Positions 25,516 through 26,794 of a stretch of 26,794 bases of DNA are shown in pieces. The notes under the pieces are model-generated. The model was not told where the DNA came from, ran no database searches, and saw only the letters and a list, made by a program, of their open reading frames with translations. The position numbers and the translations under genes are program-made. Position 1 is the first letter of the stretch. The number at the start of each line of letters is the position of its first letter. The DNA is from Candidatus Eiseniibacteriota bacterium (GTDB taxonomy: Bacteria; Eisenbacteria; RBG-16-71-46): the NCBI GenBank assembly GCA_031364845.1, contig JANLWX010000068.1, positions 1-26,794 of the forward strand, read 5' to 3'.

Positions 25516-26793
25516 CTAGCCCACGGGCAAGTCACGGAACTGCGGATGTTCCACGACCGCCGCGCGCCACGCATCATCGCCAGCGGCTCCCAGCGGGATC
25601 TGCGCATCGCTGCGCTGCCAGCGGCTCAGCCACTCGGCGCCCAGCAATTCGCGCCCCGTGCGCGTGGCGGCCAGGGGTGACAGGCCGATCGTCGTCTCCA
25701 CTTTCGGTCCGGTCGCGCGCCCCTTCGCCACATGGAATCCTGCGGCTAGCATGGCGGCGCGCACTTGCGTGGAGTACGTGTACGTGAACAACTCCGTGTG
25801 CTTGTGCTCGCACACGTCCGCCAGCTCGCGGAATGCCGCCAACGTCCACAGGTCGCTGTCGACCTTGAACGAGAACGGGTCGAAGAAGATGATGTCCGGC
25901 GGCGGCGCATCGAACTTTCGAGTCGCGAAGTCGCCCGGCATCAGCAACCAGTCGATGGCGCCCGAAGCGCTCAGCCACTGGTTCTTCGCCAGCAGCGCGT
26001 GTGGTGCGGCATGGCGGAGATGTTTGAACCACAGCGGATGCCGGAGTGCCAGCCGCAGCGAGTCGAGGTCGTTCTCGAAACTCACCAGCACCAGCCGGCG
26101 CTTGCGCTCCTCACCCATCGCTTCGACGGCATGGATGGTCGCCATCGCATTGGTGCCCGCCCCGAGGCCGACATCCCACACCACGAGTGGATGCACGTCG
26201 ACTTCCGCCAGCCGCTCGATAAGCCGCGACTGCTCGACGTAGAGCGAGCGGGCCTCTTCAGCGGGGTCATTCACGGAATGCATCGTTTCGCCGGAGACCG
26301 TATCGCGAATGCGCCCGACATCGCCGCCAACCACGACCTCGTAGCGTCCACGCCGCATGGCGCGGGCCAATTGCTGAGCCTTCGTGACGCGGGTCACCTT
26401 GTTGCCATAATTGTCGCGCGCATCGAGCACTTGGCGCTGCGCCTGATAGAACTCGATCCACGTGCCCGCGAGCACATGCTCGCGCATGCTGCGCATGAGG
26501 TGCATGTAGAAGTGCAGGTTGTGCAGTGCGAGCAACTGAGTGGCCTGCGAATCCCATGTGCGCTGAAGGTGGAAGAGATAGGCGATTGAGTAGGTCCGGC
26601 AGGTGTAGCACGTGCAGGCCGGGTCCAACGGACCCTCACGATCACGGTAGGCAGCGCGCTTCAAGGATCGCCGGCCGATGCTCGTGAACACGACGCCCTG
26701 CTGGGCCAGCGACGTCGGCAGGATGCAATCGAACATGTCGACGCCGCGATGCACGGCTTCGAGCAGATCGCGCGGCGTGCCGACGCCCATCAG
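25516..26793 (-). CDS. tgt: tRNA-guanine transglycosylase (C-terminal part) fused to an MnmC/MnmD-type SAM-dependent methyltransferase; 5' end outside the window
   Basis: TGT part: LMGVGTP, GVDMFDCILPT, Zn site CTCYTC...HNL. MTase part: MHSVNDPAEEA, VWDVGLGAGTN, SFEND, GDF, FFDPFS.....LWT, FTY.....VRAAMLAAGF. One continuous reading frame. Confidence 0.9.
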   Translation of the reverse strand: MMGVGTPRDLLEAVHRGVDMFDCILPTSLAQQGVVFTSIGRRSLKRAAYRDREGPLDPACTCYTCRTYSIAYLFHLQRTWDSQATQLLALHNLHFYMHLMRSMREHVLAGTWIEFYQAQRQVLDARDNYGNKVTRVTKAQQLARAMRRGRYEVVVGGDVGRIRDTVSGETMHSVNDPAEEARSLYVEQSRLIERLAEVDVHPLVVWDVGLGAGTNAMATIHAVEAMGEERKRRLVLVSFENDLDSLRLALRHPLWFKHLRHAAPHALLAKNQWLSASGAIDWLLMPGDFATRKFDAPPPDIIFFDPFSFKVDSDLWTLAAFRELADVCEHKHTELFTYTYSTQVRAAMLAAGFHVAKGRATGPKVETTIGLSPLAATRTGRELLGAEWLSRWQRSDAQIPLGAAGDDAWRAAVVEHPQFRDLPVG

Positions 26794-26794
26794 A

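Noticed and set aside
1..26794. CRISPR array, integron integrase, DGR or retron reverse transcriptase, phage structural genes
   Set aside because: No regularly spaced repeats, RT motifs, integrase or phage genes seen in the window.

Overview
High-GC bacterial accessory region with almost all genes on the minus strand. The gene families (Ser/Thr kinase fused to a TolB-like propeller, many secreted proteins with a FlgD/T9SS-CTD-like C-terminal domain) suggest an FCB-superphylum candidate lineage such as Ca. Eisenbacteria; this is an inference. From left to right the window holds: a tRNA-Glu 3' remnant (att site of an island lying to the left); two fused gene scraps; a Ser/Thr kinase; a run of secreted propeller, beta-helix and outer-membrane proteins; an IS3-family element with an amber-interrupted orfA that decapitates a TolB-like gene; small membrane and DUF4440 genes; a Kelch protein; a DUF2975/Xre/membrane protein/DHFR-family cluster with three operators phased at 22 bp; a chimera of DtxR and TonB-receptor fragments; a lipoprotein; a DUF1080-like gene; and the 3' part of a tRNA-guanine transglycosylase fused to an MnmC/MnmD-type methyltransferase. 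The best candidate for a new system is the TGT-MnmD fusion, which may make a methylated preQ1-type wobble base. Other leads are the CTD-tagged secretome and the recurrent splicing of unrelated gene fragments between intact genes. All family calls come from motif recognition by eye; no searches were run.
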